The translations under genes were made by a program, and so were the position numbers. Of a stretch of DNA of 62,071 bases, positions 1 through 9,962 are shown piece by piece (position 1 is the first letter of the stretch; every line of letters starts with the position of its first letter). The notes beneath the pieces are model-generated. The model searched no databases, was not told the DNA's origin, and saw nothing but the letters and a program-made list of their open reading frames with translations. Origin of the DNA: Nitrospinaceae bacterium (GTDB taxonomy: Bacteria; Nitrospinota; Nitrospinia; Nitrospinales; VA-1); contig CP070799.1 in NCBI GenBank assembly GCA_020343535.1, forward strand, positions 1,867,774 to 1,929,844, written 5' to 3'.

Positions 1-501
1 TTTCTGGCAGTTGCGGGTGACGAGAATATTAATAAAAATCTTTTAAAGGGTCATAAGGTAGGAGATAAAATTTTCAATGTCCATCTTGACGGTTATAACT
101 TCCTGCCTCATTTAATGGGTCAGGAAGAGAAGGGAAGACGAGATGAAGTATTTTATTTTTCTGATGATGGGGATTTAACGGCCCTTCGATATAAGGACTG
201 GAAACTTATTTTCATGGAGCAGCGAGTGGAGGCTACTTTGCAGGCTTGGGCAGAGCCATTTGTTCCCTTGCGGGTGCCATTAATTTTCAACCTGCGGCGT
301 GACCCTTATGAGCGAGCTCAGCTGACCTCAAACACATATTATGATTGGTTGCTCGATCACGCTTTTCTCCTGGTGCCCGCGCAAGCCGTTGTTGGGAAGT
401 TTTTAAGCACATTCCGAGAGTATCCACCACGGCAAAAGGCCGCTAGTTTTTCCCTTGATCAGGTTATGGAGAAGCTATTATCGTCGGGTGGATCTAAGTA
501 A
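1..501 (+). CDS. arylsulfatase (type I sulfatase), C-terminal portion; 5' end outside the window
   Basis: Frame 1 is open from base 1 with no start codon in the window. The translation GDKIFNVHLDGYNFLPHLMGQ...DWKLIFMEQR...IFNLRRDPYERA...FREYPPRQKAASF resembles the conserved C-terminal region of AtsA-type arylsulfatases. The ORF track lists only the Met-initiated part 115..501. Confidence 0.8.
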   Translation, partial: FLAVAGDENINKNLLKGHKVGDKIFNVHLDGYNFLPHLMGQEEKGRRDEVFYFSDDGDLTALRYKDWKLIFMEQRVEATLQAWAEPFVPLRVPLIFNLRRDPYERAQLTSNTYYDWLLDHAFLLVPAQAVVGKFLSTFREYPPRQKAASFSLDQVMEKLLSSGGSK

Positions 502-536
502 GTTTTCTGAGCATTATGCTCAAGCCAGTATTCCTT

Positions 537-600
537 TTATTATGAGTCTGGCATCTTTTAGATGCCAGACTCATAATAATTTTTCTGCTTTTTTGTTTTT
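537..600 (+). terminator. rho-independent terminator after the sulfatase gene
   Basis: Perfect 20-bp inverted repeat ttattatgagtctggcatct (537-556) / agatgccagactcataataa (560-579) with a 3-nt loop, followed by the T-rich tract tttttctgcttttttgtttttt. Confidence 0.75.
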
Positions 601-634
601 TGACGAGGCTTAGTGGGTAAAATTAATCTTCCAG

Positions 635-2989
635 ATGAAAAAATTAATATGCGTGGTCAGCCTTGCCCTTTCATTCCTTGCAGCCTGTCAGCAGGATGCA
701 AAAAATACTACCACTAAAGTTGCATCAAATCCTGACCATAAACAGGAATCCACTGGTTCCATTCTCATTTCTGCCCCAGTACATTATGTTGGTCGTGACG
801 CCTGTTCATCCTGCCACAAAAGCCAATCCAAAAAATGGGCAAGCTCCCATCATGACTTGGCGATGCAAGTTGCCAACAAAGAAACCGTTTTAGGTGATTT
901 CGGCGATGCCACTTTTTCTCATTTTGGTATCACTTCAACATTTTTTAAAAAAGCCGGTAAATATTATGTCAATACCGACGGCCCGGGTGGCATACTGGCT
1001 GATTTTGAAGTGAAATACACTTTCGGTGCCGATCCCTTGCAACAGTACCTCATAGAATTTCCCGGTGGGCGTCTGCAGGCATTGAGTATTGCCTGGGATT
1101 CACGATCTAAGTCACAAGGGGGCCAACGCTGGTTCCATCTATATCCAAGTGAAAATATGGACCATACAAATCCTTTGCACTGGACTGGTGTGAATCAAAA
1201 CTGGAACTATATGTGTGCGGAGTGCCATTCTACAAACCTGAAAAAAAATTACGATTCAACTACCAACTCATATAAAACAAATTGGTCTGAAATCGACGTT
1301 TCCTGTGAGGCCTGCCATGGGCCTGCTTCGAAACATGTGGAATGGGCTAATTCGGAATATTCTCAAAGCCCTTCACAAAATTATTCGAAGGAATTGGTGG
1401 TTTCGTTTGCTGAACCAGAAAAGGATATTTGGCACTTCGTCTCAGGAAAAAAAACAGCCCAGAGAACCTCTCCACTTGATTCGCGAGTTCAAGAGGAAAT
1501 CTGTGCGCGTTGTCACTCGCGGCGGGGCGTTATCCATAATGAATATCAGCACGAGGCACCCTTTCTGGATAGCTATCGCCTAAGCCTCTTGGAGGAGAGT
1601 CTCTATCATTCAGATGGACAGATCAATGATGAGGTTTATGTATATGGTTCCTTTTTGCAGAGCAAAATGCATCAGGCTGGAGTGGTTTGCTCTGATTGTC
1701 ACGACCCCCATAGCTTGAAATTGAAGGCTGAAGGAAATGATTTATGCACTAAGTGTCATTCAGCGATATTTTTTGATCAGCCCTCCCATCACCACCATAA
1801 TGTAGATTCTCTGGGTTCAAAGTGTGTTTCCTGTCATATGCCGGCAAAGGAGTATATGGTTGTGGACCCGCGTCGCGACCACAGTTTCAGGATTCCCCGG
1901 CCGGATTTTTCGGTTTCCATGGGTACACCCAACGCCTGCAATCAGTGCCATGATGATAAAACTCTAAAATGGTCGATGGACGTTGTTATGGAATGGTTTG
2001 GTGGAGAAGTATTCAATAGAAATCATTTTGGGGAATCACTTCATGCAGGTCGCTTGGGACTTCCCAAAGCCGCAGAATCTCTGATTAGACTTGCGGAGGA
2101 CAGCAACCAGCCGGCCATCGCACGCGCTAGCTCCATTGATCTGCTTTCTCGCTTTCCGAGTCAGTCAACAGCCGATTCCATAAAAAAAGTACTTCAGGAC
2201 CCTGACCCCTTGGTGCGGATTGCGGCAACGAACAGCCTTGAAATGATTCATCCTAGTCAGCGGTTTGAATTGGCTGAATCTCTGCTTTTTGATTCAGTGC
2301 GAGCCGTTCGTATAGAGGCAGGGAGGGTATTGAGCCCTGTCCCTAGAATGGAATTATCTGAAAAGCAGAAATCTCTTCTAGGCAAGGCCATTGATGAATA
2401 TATTGAAGCTCAAAAGGTAAATGCGGATCATCCAAGTGCTCATCTGAATTTAGGGGTTTTATACTCTGGCCTGAGAAACTGGAGCAAGGCCGAAACGGAA
2501 TATAAGACTTCCATCAAACTAGATTCTAGTTTTGTTCAGGGCTATATTAATTTAGCTGATTTATATCGCCTTCAAGGTCGAGAGGGGGAGGGTGAGGAGA
2601 TTTTACGTTCAGGGCTTGAGATTATCAAGGACAGTCCTGAAATTTTACATTCCTTGGGGCTTTTGTTAGTAAGGAATAAAAGAATGTCCGTGGCGATTAA
2701 AGCTTTGGAAAAGGCGGCAAATCTTAGAAGGGAAAATCCACGATTTAGCTTTGTCTATGCAGTAGCCTTGAATTCAATTGGTCAGAATGAAAAGGCCTTG
2801 GAGTTTCTTCAAAAAGCACAGAAAAACCATCCCTACAATCGAGATATTCTTTTTACACTTGTGACGATTAACCGCGATATTGGGCATCTAGATTCTGCAT
2901 TGAAATATGTACGCAGATTAATTGAGTTGGAGCCAAAAAACTCAAGGTTTTTAAGTTTGGAGGAAAAATTACAAGCTCTTAAAAATTAA
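635..2989 (+). CDS. octaheme c-type cytochrome lipoprotein fused to HEAT and TPR repeats
   Basis: Lipoprotein-type signal MKKLICVVSLALSFLAAC. Eight CxxCH motifs (CSSCH, CAECH, CEACH, CARCH, CSDCH, CTKCH, CVSCH, CNQCH) lie in the first ~450 aa. A HEAT-like segment follows (DPDPLVRIAATNSLEM, VRAVRIEAGRVL), then TPR-like repeats to the C-terminus. Confidence 0.85.
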   Translation: MKKLICVVSLALSFLAACQQDAKNTTTKVASNPDHKQESTGSILISAPVHYVGRDACSSCHKSQSKKWASSHHDLAMQVANKETVLGDFGDATFSHFGITSTFFKKAGKYYVNTDGPGGILADFEVKYTFGADPLQQYLIEFPGGRLQALSIAWDSRSKSQGGQRWFHLYPSENMDHTNPLHWTGVNQNWNYMCAECHSTNLKKNYDSTTNSYKTNWSEIDVSCEACHGPASKHVEWANSEYSQSPSQNYSKELVVSFAEPEKDIWHFVSGKKTAQRTSPLDSRVQEEICARCHSRRGVIHNEYQHEAPFLDSYRLSLLEESLYHSDGQINDEVYVYGSFLQSKMHQAGVVCSDCHDPHSLKLKAEGNDLCTKCHSAIFFDQPSHHHHNVDSLGSKCVSCHMPAKEYMVVDPRRDHSFRIPRPDFSVSMGTPNACNQCHDDKTLKWSMDVVMEWFGGEVFNRNHFGESLHAGRLGLPKAAESLIRLAEDSNQPAIARASSIDLLSRFPSQSTADSIKKVLQDPDPLVRIAATNSLEMIHPSQRFELAESLLFDSVRAVRIEAGRVLSPVPRMELSEKQKSLLGKAIDEYIEAQKVNADHPSAHLNLGVLYSGLRNWSKAETEYKTSIKLDSSFVQGYINLADLYRLQGREGEGEEILRSGLEIIKDSPEILHSLGLLLVRNKRMSVAIKALEKAANLRRENPRFSFVYAVALNSIGQNEKALEFLQKAQKNHPYNRDILFTLVTINRDIGHLDSALKYVRRLIELEPKNSRFLSLEEKLQALKN

Positions 2990-4089
2990 TGTTTGTGCGA
3001 CGAAGGAAATATTTTGCAAGCTATGAATTTCAGAATATTCCTGTGAAATTATCTGGGCATAAGGGGAAAAAGACCACAATAAATAAATGTTTAATTATGA
3101 CTGGACTTAAAAAAAAACTTCTTATAATAGTTTTCTCTTTGATCTGTTTTGTTTTATGGTTTTGGTGCATTCTGGCCATCCGATTTTCGGGTATGCCCGA
3201 AACTCTTGCATTTATCGCTTGCACCATTTTTGGTGCAAGTGTTCCGTTGGCTTTTATATTTATACCTAACCGTAAGCGTACAGCTTATATTGTGATTGGT
3301 CTTTATATTTTAATATTTATTGGCTGGTCACAAATTGAACCGTCTCATCATCGTGAATGGGTTCCAAGCGTTGCTAAACTGCCCTACGCCAAAATAGAAG
3401 GTGATCAAGCCAAAATTTATAATATTCGAAATTTTGATTACAGGACCGAAAATGATTTCTCGATTCGTTATTATGACAGGATTTATGATCTAAATGATCT
3501 TGAGTCAGTGGACTATATACTTTCGTATTGGGATGGGCTGGAGGCAGTAGCTCATACAATATTCAGCTTTGGATTTGGCGATAACGAATACATAGCTGTC
3601 TCTGTCGAAACGCGCTTAGAAAAAGGGGAACCTCAATCAGCTCTGAGAGGACTTTTTAAACAGTATGAACAGATCTATGTGCTGGGTGATGAAAGAGACC
3701 TGATCCGCCTGAGAACAAATTTTCGGAAAGAGGACGTGTATCTCTACCCAACTTTGGTAAAAAAAGATGACATTCGGAAACTATTTGAGGTCATTCTTGA
3801 TCGGGTAAATAAAATTGCTGGGAAACCAGCATTTTATAACACACTTTCTCAAAATTGTTTGAGCAGTTTGGTTGCTGACTTTAAAAAAGTGATTACGCCC
3901 AGATCGTTATTTGATTTCAGGCGGATTGCAAACGGTTATTCTGATGAAATGCTTTTTGAAAATGGCTGGATTGATTCTAGGTTAAGTTTTGAGGAGACCA
4001 AGAGGTTTCACTATATTAATCAATATGTTAAAAGTGACACTGTTGGAGATAGTTATTCCATAAAAATTAGACCATTTATTGCAAGGTAA
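2989..4089 (+). CDS. DUF4105 (Lnb-like) family membrane protein
   Basis: The start ATG overlaps the upstream TAA (TAATG); an alternative start is ATG 3097 (MTGLKKK). Three N-terminal hydrophobic helices are followed by YILSYWDG...AHTIFSFGF...YIAVSVETR...YEQIYVLGDERDLIRLRTNFR, which I recognise as DUF4105-like. Confidence 0.65.
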   Translation: MFVRRRKYFASYEFQNIPVKLSGHKGKKTTINKCLIMTGLKKKLLIIVFSLICFVLWFWCILAIRFSGMPETLAFIACTIFGASVPLAFIFIPNRKRTAYIVIGLYILIFIGWSQIEPSHHREWVPSVAKLPYAKIEGDQAKIYNIRNFDYRTENDFSIRYYDRIYDLNDLESVDYILSYWDGLEAVAHTIFSFGFGDNEYIAVSVETRLEKGEPQSALRGLFKQYEQIYVLGDERDLIRLRTNFRKEDVYLYPTLVKKDDIRKLFEVILDRVNKIAGKPAFYNTLSQNCLSSLVADFKKVITPRSLFDFRRIANGYSDEMLFENGWIDSRLSFEETKRFHYINQYVKSDTVGDSYSIKIRPFIAR

Positions 4090-4177
4090 ACTTTATTGTC
4101 ATAAGTTTAGTCCCAATAAATGGTGCGTGTTATTGTGAGATCTAAAGGCAATGGTGGTCGTAGAAATTTAAATTATG

Positions 4178-4429
4178 CTAACGCCTAGAAGCAGCTATAG
4201 CCAAGGGTATCGAAACGCTTCCTCGGCCTAGCTTTGGGTGTGATACTGAGATGCTTTCAATATTTGCAAAAGGAATAGCGGTTACGCCTTTTTCCAATTG
4301 AAATACTAGAGCCGGCAAGCTTAAAAGTTCCTTAAGGCGATTGGTAATCATCATAGGGTCAAATTTTGGATCGAAGACAAATGATTCCTCGTTTCCGTTT
4401 ATAAACTTTATTCTCAGTGTGCCAATCAT
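4178..4429 (-). CDS. hypothetical small protein (83 aa)
   Basis: ATG is preceded by a strong SD (taAGGAGcgttaaaaATG on the minus strand). No recognisable domain. Convergent with the DUF4105 gene and divergent from the hydrolase gene. Confidence 0.5.
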   Translation of the reverse strand: MIGTLRIKFINGNEESFVFDPKFDPMMITNRLKELLSLPALVFQLEKGVTAIPFANIESISVSHPKLGRGSVSIPLAIAASRR

Positions 4430-4629
4430 TTTTAACGCTCCTTATGTGGAAGAGAGTCATTCAGGAAAAAAATATTGTTCAATGGACAAAAATATAAAAA
4501 AGGTAGAAAAATTACTATTTGCCCTAAATTTATATTTAATTTAGTCAATTTATCAATCATAGTCCATTGAGAAATATTTGGGATTGTAAAAAATATTTGG
4601 GCTCCAAGGTCGTTTTTGAGGAGAGTAAA

Positions 4630-5898
4630 ATGTTTATTAAATTTAATTATGTTTACCTATTGATTATCTTAGCATTGCAGCTGGGAGGTTGCGCAAGTTT
4701 CGGCAAGGGGGTCGTAGAGGGTCTTCTGAGTGAATCTGAAAAAAAGGATATGCGAGTTTGTGAGATATGGAGTAAAGGATTTAAGGGTATAGACGCAAGT
4801 ATTGATAATGCGGAAGGGAAAGCAAAAGTTCTAATGGTACATGGTGTCGGCCATCATATACCTGGATATTCTACCATTCTTATGGAGAATTTAATGAGGG
4901 AGCTAGAGCTACCAGTCATGGCTATGCCTTACAAGGAATTGACTCTTTCGGACCCCTTAGCCCCATCTAAAGAATTAGGTAATTTACGTTTAACTCAATT
5001 GCTAAGTAAGGATCAAAAAAGAGAGTTGCTCTTTTATGAACTGACTTGGTCCAGTATTAGCGAGATTGAGAAGGAAGTCCTGGCCTATGACAGCTCTGGG
5101 CAACACTCTTTTCGCCGTGCAAAAGTAAATGATGCGTTGAAGAAATTCTCAAATGACGCAATTTCTGATCCAATGATCTATTTGGGTGCAAAACAAGAGG
5201 ATATTCAGAAATCTGTTGGGCAAAGTTTTTGCTGGATGATCGCACATGGATGGGATGATTTTCCCTCTGGAATTGATAGGCCCTGTGACGTAAGTTCGCC
5301 AGGAATGTTTGAAAACGCAGAAATTGATGACTTTATATTTATTTCGCATAGCCTTGGGAGCAGAATTACTATTGATGCCTTGCAAAGGTTAGCTAGATTA
5401 ATAAATGATAAAAACTTTCAGAGCGAATATCCACAACTAGAAAGACTCCATCATGCAATTCAAGATAGAGAAGTAACAATTTTTATGCTTTCCAACCAGC
5501 TACCTCTGTTGCAACTGGGGCGCTCGCTACCGGAAGTATTGAACCAACAGGAGAAATATTGTGTTCCAAGTGGTAGTAATTATGCTGATCGATTTGCAAA
5601 TCAAACACATATTGTTGCATTTAGTGACCCCAATGACATGCTTAGTTATACCATTCCTGTGGGGTTCAAGGACAAATATCTGGATTCTAGGATGTGCACT
5701 GTAGTCAGCAATATCAGCATCAATGTGGCACACGTGGTGGACGTCCTGGGTTTTAGTGAGGTGGCTAATCCTATGGAGGCTCATGTGGGATATGATCATG
5801 ATGAACGTGTTGTAGAGTTACTCGCTCACGGTCTTAGTGATAATAATATTTCCCCAGTGATTAAGGAACGTTGCCAGTGGGTAGAAATAATCCAATAA
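4630..5898 (+). CDS. alpha/beta-hydrolase-like (lipase/esterase-type) lipoprotein
   Basis: The track ORF starts at TTG 4567. The likelier start is ATG 4630, after GAGGAG. Lipobox LQLGGC; HG motif (MVHGVGHH); nucleophile elbow GxSxG-type FISHSLGSR; later SDPND and a conserved His region. Confidence 0.65.
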   Translation: MFIKFNYVYLLIILALQLGGCASFGKGVVEGLLSESEKKDMRVCEIWSKGFKGIDASIDNAEGKAKVLMVHGVGHHIPGYSTILMENLMRELELPVMAMPYKELTLSDPLAPSKELGNLRLTQLLSKDQKRELLFYELTWSSISEIEKEVLAYDSSGQHSFRRAKVNDALKKFSNDAISDPMIYLGAKQEDIQKSVGQSFCWMIAHGWDDFPSGIDRPCDVSSPGMFENAEIDDFIFISHSLGSRITIDALQRLARLINDKNFQSEYPQLERLHHAIQDREVTIFMLSNQLPLLQLGRSLPEVLNQQEKYCVPSGSNYADRFANQTHIVAFSDPNDMLSYTIPVGFKDKYLDSRMCTVVSNISINVAHVVDVLGFSEVANPMEAHVGYDHDERVVELLAHGLSDNNISPVIKERCQWVEIIQ

Positions 5899-5955
5899 AT
5901 TGTATGATCGATAATTTTATTTTTAATGATGAGAATTTATAAATTGAGAAAAAAA

Positions 5956-7266
5956 ATGCGCAAACTTCTAATAGTATTTGTGTCATCTCTATCTATTCTC
6001 CTGTTCTTAGGATTGTATGGGTGCTCATCAACATCTTCCCAGAGAGGGGATAACATTGTTTCCGGATATGCAAACTCTCTACGGCCCATATCAAGTGATT
6101 TGGATGGGGCTCAATTTGAAATTCCACCTGTTCTCAAGGCGAGTGATTATTTACCTCCAGATTTAAAAAGAGGCAGACAATATTTTGTAAATGAGGACAT
6201 TTACACAGATGGCTTTACTAACCGCTATCGGTTGAGTTCAGATTTTTTTGTTATGGATGTTCAAGGCGACGATATGCTTAGAGCCCACATTCAGGAGGTG
6301 CGGGCTTTAGATGCTTTGGCGAAAATGAAAAAAACCAGTGCTTTCGCCGATGCAGTTAAAAATACGGCCAAATCGCCATTTTACATGGCTAAGGACTTAA
6401 TCACCCACCCTGTGGATACCGTAACAGGGGTCCCTAAGGGGATTTGGCGTTTCATGGGTAGAGCTGGTGAAATGGTAACGGGGGAGCGAGGTGAGATAGA
6501 AGATACTGCGGCTCAGGAACTTATTGGTTTTTCAGCAGCTAAGCGGAAATTAGCTCATCAATTGGGAGTGGATGTTTATTCGACCAATATAACTTTGCAA
6601 AAAGAGCTTAACAGTGTCTCTTGGGCTTCCTTTAGCGGGGGTTTTGTTACTGGTCTAGCAATGACACCCATCCAGGCTTTGAAGCTTACTAAAGTCGCCC
6701 ACCGTATGAATAAGATTCTTTTAGATAATGCTCCGGAAGATTTACGAAAAATGAATAGGGCGAGTTTGCGGGGAATGGGGGTTGAGGAAAAATGGATAGA
6801 AAGATTTTTAAGGCATGCTCATATATCTCCTCGTCACGAGACTATTATTGTAGAATCGCTTAAAGGATTAAAGGGAGCTAAAAGTCGAAACAAGTTTATT
6901 GCTGTCGCTACAACAGCTGAATCTTTTGAGGAAGCGTTTTTCTTCCAAAGAGTAGCTGAGATGTTACTGGAATATCATTTAAAAATAGCTTCCATTAAGG
7001 AAATCGTAGTTGTCAATCGATTGCTGATGGGACTTACTGAGGAGAAGAATTTATTTCTTCCTCTTTTGTGGGATTATGGAGTTTGGTCCAAACCAGCTGC
7101 ATTAAAGGCAAAGGAAATTATGCAATCCGCATCTCAGAGGTTCCAAATAAAAAATATTGAATTGTGGACTTCAGGGACTCTTTCGGCAAAGGCTAGGCAG
7201 AAGTTCGAGGAAATGGGGTTTAAGGTTACCGAGAAAGCTTTTAGTCGATTGAAGGATCATTTGTAA
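5956..7266 (+). CDS. hypothetical lipoprotein (about 437 aa)
   Basis: Long ORF with AT-rich codon usage. Signal plus lipobox MRKLLIVFVSSLSILLFLGLYGC when started at ATG 5956 (longest ORF starts at 5926). No recognisable domain. Confidence 0.6.
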   Translation: MRKLLIVFVSSLSILLFLGLYGCSSTSSQRGDNIVSGYANSLRPISSDLDGAQFEIPPVLKASDYLPPDLKRGRQYFVNEDIYTDGFTNRYRLSSDFFVMDVQGDDMLRAHIQEVRALDALAKMKKTSAFADAVKNTAKSPFYMAKDLITHPVDTVTGVPKGIWRFMGRAGEMVTGERGEIEDTAAQELIGFSAAKRKLAHQLGVDVYSTNITLQKELNSVSWASFSGGFVTGLAMTPIQALKLTKVAHRMNKILLDNAPEDLRKMNRASLRGMGVEEKWIERFLRHAHISPRHETIIVESLKGLKGAKSRNKFIAVATTAESFEEAFFFQRVAEMLLEYHLKIASIKEIVVVNRLLMGLTEEKNLFLPLLWDYGVWSKPAALKAKEIMQSASQRFQIKNIELWTSGTLSAKARQKFEEMGFKVTEKAFSRLKDHL

Positions 7267-7287
7267 ACTGGTTTGAGGTTTGTTTTA

Positions 7288-7884
7288 ATGCATAACTCAT
7301 TATTAGAAAAGCAGATAGGGATGTTTCTTTGTGGGATATTTCTGCTAGCTTGTTCGACCCAAAGGCAAAACTTCAATGATGAATTACATTCCGACCTTTC
7401 AAATACTGCAGTGGTTTCAGTTTCATATTCGGATAAAAAGCTACCCTCATCGGCAATATTCCATTGGGCACCAGGTTTGACCCAATTTAATAAAGATCCC
7501 CGTTTTCGTAGAGCACCTATTGAAATAATGTTTCGAAATGCCATTCGAGAAAATTTGACAGAACGGGGATATGTTTTTGGTTCTTCACCTAATAAAAGCG
7601 ATTTTTTAGTGGGTTATTTTATTGGTCTTAACAGCTCATTTCATGATTCAGACGTTGAAGCTAAGTACCAATTGGATCCCGGCCTCCAGACGCGGGTGAC
7701 TGATTCAAATAAATTTGAAAAGGGAACCGTGGTTATTGATTTATTCGACCTAGGTACTAAGCGTTTTATTTGGCGGGGTGCCATGGAGGGGGTTGCAAAA
7801 TTTGAGATACCACATAACGTTAGGCAAAAGCGAATTAATTATGCTGTGGATCTAATGCTTCAAAATTATTTTAACGGTGAATAA
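7288..7884 (+). CDS. DUF4136-like lipoprotein
   Basis: Lipobox FLLACS. The C-terminal segment VVIDLFDLGTKRFIWRGAMEG resembles the DUF4136 signature. The track ORF starts at TTG 7273; ATG 7288 or 7321 is more likely. Confidence 0.55.
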   Translation: MHNSLLEKQIGMFLCGIFLLACSTQRQNFNDELHSDLSNTAVVSVSYSDKKLPSSAIFHWAPGLTQFNKDPRFRRAPIEIMFRNAIRENLTERGYVFGSSPNKSDFLVGYFIGLNSSFHDSDVEAKYQLDPGLQTRVTDSNKFEKGTVVIDLFDLGTKRFIWRGAMEGVAKFEIPHNVRQKRINYAVDLMLQNYFNGE

Positions 7885-8251
7885 TGTTATCCCAGTTGTT
7901 TTCCCTCAAAGACATATCGTCTGATCTTCCATCCCGATACTGATCCAAACTTCAAAGAGAAAGTCAATTCCAGCTGAATTGATTACCAATCTCACCGTTG
8001 TGTCCCAGTCCGATAAGGCATCCTCCAACATAGGATTTCTCATTTGCGACACAGGCGTTTATATGCGTTAAATTCTGCCTATCGTTTGATCAAACTTCAG
8101 GCTGGAACCTCCATTGTTTCCTTTAAGGATAACGACAGCTTCCATTTTTGCATCTATGGCCTATTTCCTTTCTATGTCCTCACCATATTCAGGATTCATG
8201 TCAGATAGTAAATAGACTAATCCATAATAGAGCGTAGAATAATTACTGGCT

Positions 8252-8920
8252 TTAAGATTTAATTATTCCAATTATTTGACCAACTAACGGATCGGGATCT
8301 TTATCCAAGTCGAATTTTTCGATGGGATCTCCCAACCTGAGAGGGCTTAATATTAATAAATTCTTAACCTTATGGCATTGCCTGGCATCTAAATATTGTT
8401 GAGTGATGATTGCATACATATTCTGATCACTCACCTCTCTTTCTCCGCACGCGACGATTATTTTGTCTCCATTCCTAACAACGGGAGAAGAGGTAGTGCC
8501 GTTAACCGTAAGTGCCTTGAACGGGCCGCGAAATTTTGACCAAATTTCTTCCCTAATAAAACAGAAAGGGCCTAAGGGAGATGAATTCGGAGGGGCGCCT
8601 GCCACTAAACCCGGGCGTACACTCCAGAAATTAACTTGCTTCATATTTCCTGCATGATGACTATCATCACCTTCCCCCCCAAGATGTGATTGGGGCTCTC
8701 CTTTTCCCGTAAGAACCCAATCAAAATTGATGGATTCTTGGTTGCAAAAAACTTTTAATCTATCCTCTGGGATTTTGTTCAATCTCTTTCTAGCGGCAAG
8801 GGCTTTAGGTCTAAATCTCAATAAATCAGCAACTTCATAGTCATATCGTAAGGATTTTACCTGTTTTATTCGGTTGACGATGGATGTAAAGTCTATATTT
8901 TTAGTGATTTTTATTGACAT
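8252..8920 (-). CDS. phage CI-type repressor-like protein (N-terminal HTH, C-terminal S24/LexA-like domain)
   Basis: The N-terminus VADLLRF...NKIPEDRLKVFCNQESINFDWVLTGKG resembles the CI repressor HTH domain. The C-terminus VNGTTSSPVVRNGDKIIV...KVKNLLILSP resembles the S24 fold but lacks the canonical GDSM. Confidence 0.65.
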   Translation of the reverse strand: MSIKITKNIDFTSIVNRIKQVKSLRYDYEVADLLRFRPKALAARKRLNKIPEDRLKVFCNQESINFDWVLTGKGEPQSHLGGEGDDSHHAGNMKQVNFWSVRPGLVAGAPPNSSPLGPFCFIREEIWSKFRGPFKALTVNGTTSSPVVRNGDKIIVACGEREVSDQNMYAIITQQYLDARQCHKVKNLLILSPLRLGDPIEKFDLDKDPDPLVGQIIGIIKS

Positions 8921-9137
8921 AGGCTAAATAAATAGGTAATTTGAAATCATATAGGCTATAAATTTGGATTATAGCGCTAATTGTTAGGCATGTAAACGGG
9001 ATAATTTTTTGACGGGTTTTTCAGCGGATAGATTGATTTGGGGTTTATGAGCTCAAAATTAACATATGAAAACGAAAGAATTTCTTGTGAGTTTACGCAG
9101 GATCGGACTTATAAATTTTCATTAAGGAATATTTTCA

Positions 9138-9533
9138 ATGTTTAAGGGTTTGGGAGCTAAAGCATATTACTCTCTTCGGGCAAAAGGGATATCCAAAGAG
9201 AAAATTCTTGAATTGTTGGGAACTGATAAAGAGGTTGATGAAGTTGATAGAGGAATTGTCAATGCCTATGAAATTTTTACTCAGATAGAAATTTCTAATA
9301 TAAAAAAGAGGCAGGCTAGGAAAAATTATGTTTCAGATTGCATAGCTTCCCTACAAAAAGATATTGATGATTGTGATCATATCCATGGTCGGTTTTTTAA
9401 TGAAATTGAAAAAAGGAAGATTGAGAATTTGTCCTTAGCTGAATTAATCAAGTATGAAGGTGAGCTTTTAAAAATGAAGGATAGAAAAATGGATGCTCTT
9501 TTAAAATACAAAAATCTACATATTGAGGTGTGA
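9138..9533 (+). CDS. hypothetical protein (131 aa, coiled-coil-like)
   Basis: ORF divergent from the CI-like repressor, with AAGGAA upstream of the ATG. No recognisable domain. Confidence 0.45.
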   Translation: MFKGLGAKAYYSLRAKGISKEKILELLGTDKEVDEVDRGIVNAYEIFTQIEISNIKKRQARKNYVSDCIASLQKDIDDCDHIHGRFFNEIEKRKIENLSLAELIKYEGELLKMKDRKMDALLKYKNLHIEV

Positions 9534-9534
9534 A

Positions 9535-9861
9535 ATGTACGATGACAGCACTAAGGAGAAATTCATCTTTTGCCGATCGCAAGGCATGAGTTATGCGAAT
9601 ATTGCAAAAAAGATTAAGGTGGCCAAGTCCACCCTCATTAAATGGAACAAAGATTTTGAAGAGGAGATATTAAAACGGCGAAATGAACACTTAAATGATT
9701 TGCGGGATGAATATCTTGTGTCAGAAATCAAGCGGGTTGAGTTATTCGGTGAGAGATTAAAAAGCGTCAGGGCAGAGATTGAAAAGAAGGGATTGGGTGA
9801 ACTTAAGATAGGGCAGCTATTGGCGTTGGAGGGGAAATATGTAAAATTCCTGGAAGAGTAA
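9535..9861 (+). CDS. small HTH protein (excisionase / small-terminase-like N-terminal HTH)
   Basis: ATG 9535 follows GAGGTG and starts 1 nt after the upstream stop. The HTH-like segment is GMSYANIAKKIKVAKSTLIKWNKDF, followed by a charged coiled-coil tail. Confidence 0.5.
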   Translation: MYDDSTKEKFIFCRSQGMSYANIAKKIKVAKSTLIKWNKDFEEEILKRRNEHLNDLRDEYLVSEIKRVELFGERLKSVRAEIEKKGLGELKIGQLLALEGKYVKFLEE

Positions 9862-9962
9862 TTTTTTACTATTAGGTACTGAAAAAAATTATCTCACTTC
9901 TAGGAGACTGACTAAAAGTGAACCAAAATTGACCGATTATTACTTTTGAGGTAGGTTCATGT

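Noticed and set aside
7885-8251. 367-bp ORF-free spacer between island cargo and the regulatory module; short minus-strand reading frames looked like gene fragments (e.g. MEAVVILKGNNGGSSLKFDQ..., ...GGCLIGLGHNGEIGN...)
   Set aside because: The fragments are under 45 codons, lie in three different frames and match nothing I can recognise. This may be a decayed gene or an internal junction of the island, but the sequence alone does not support a call.
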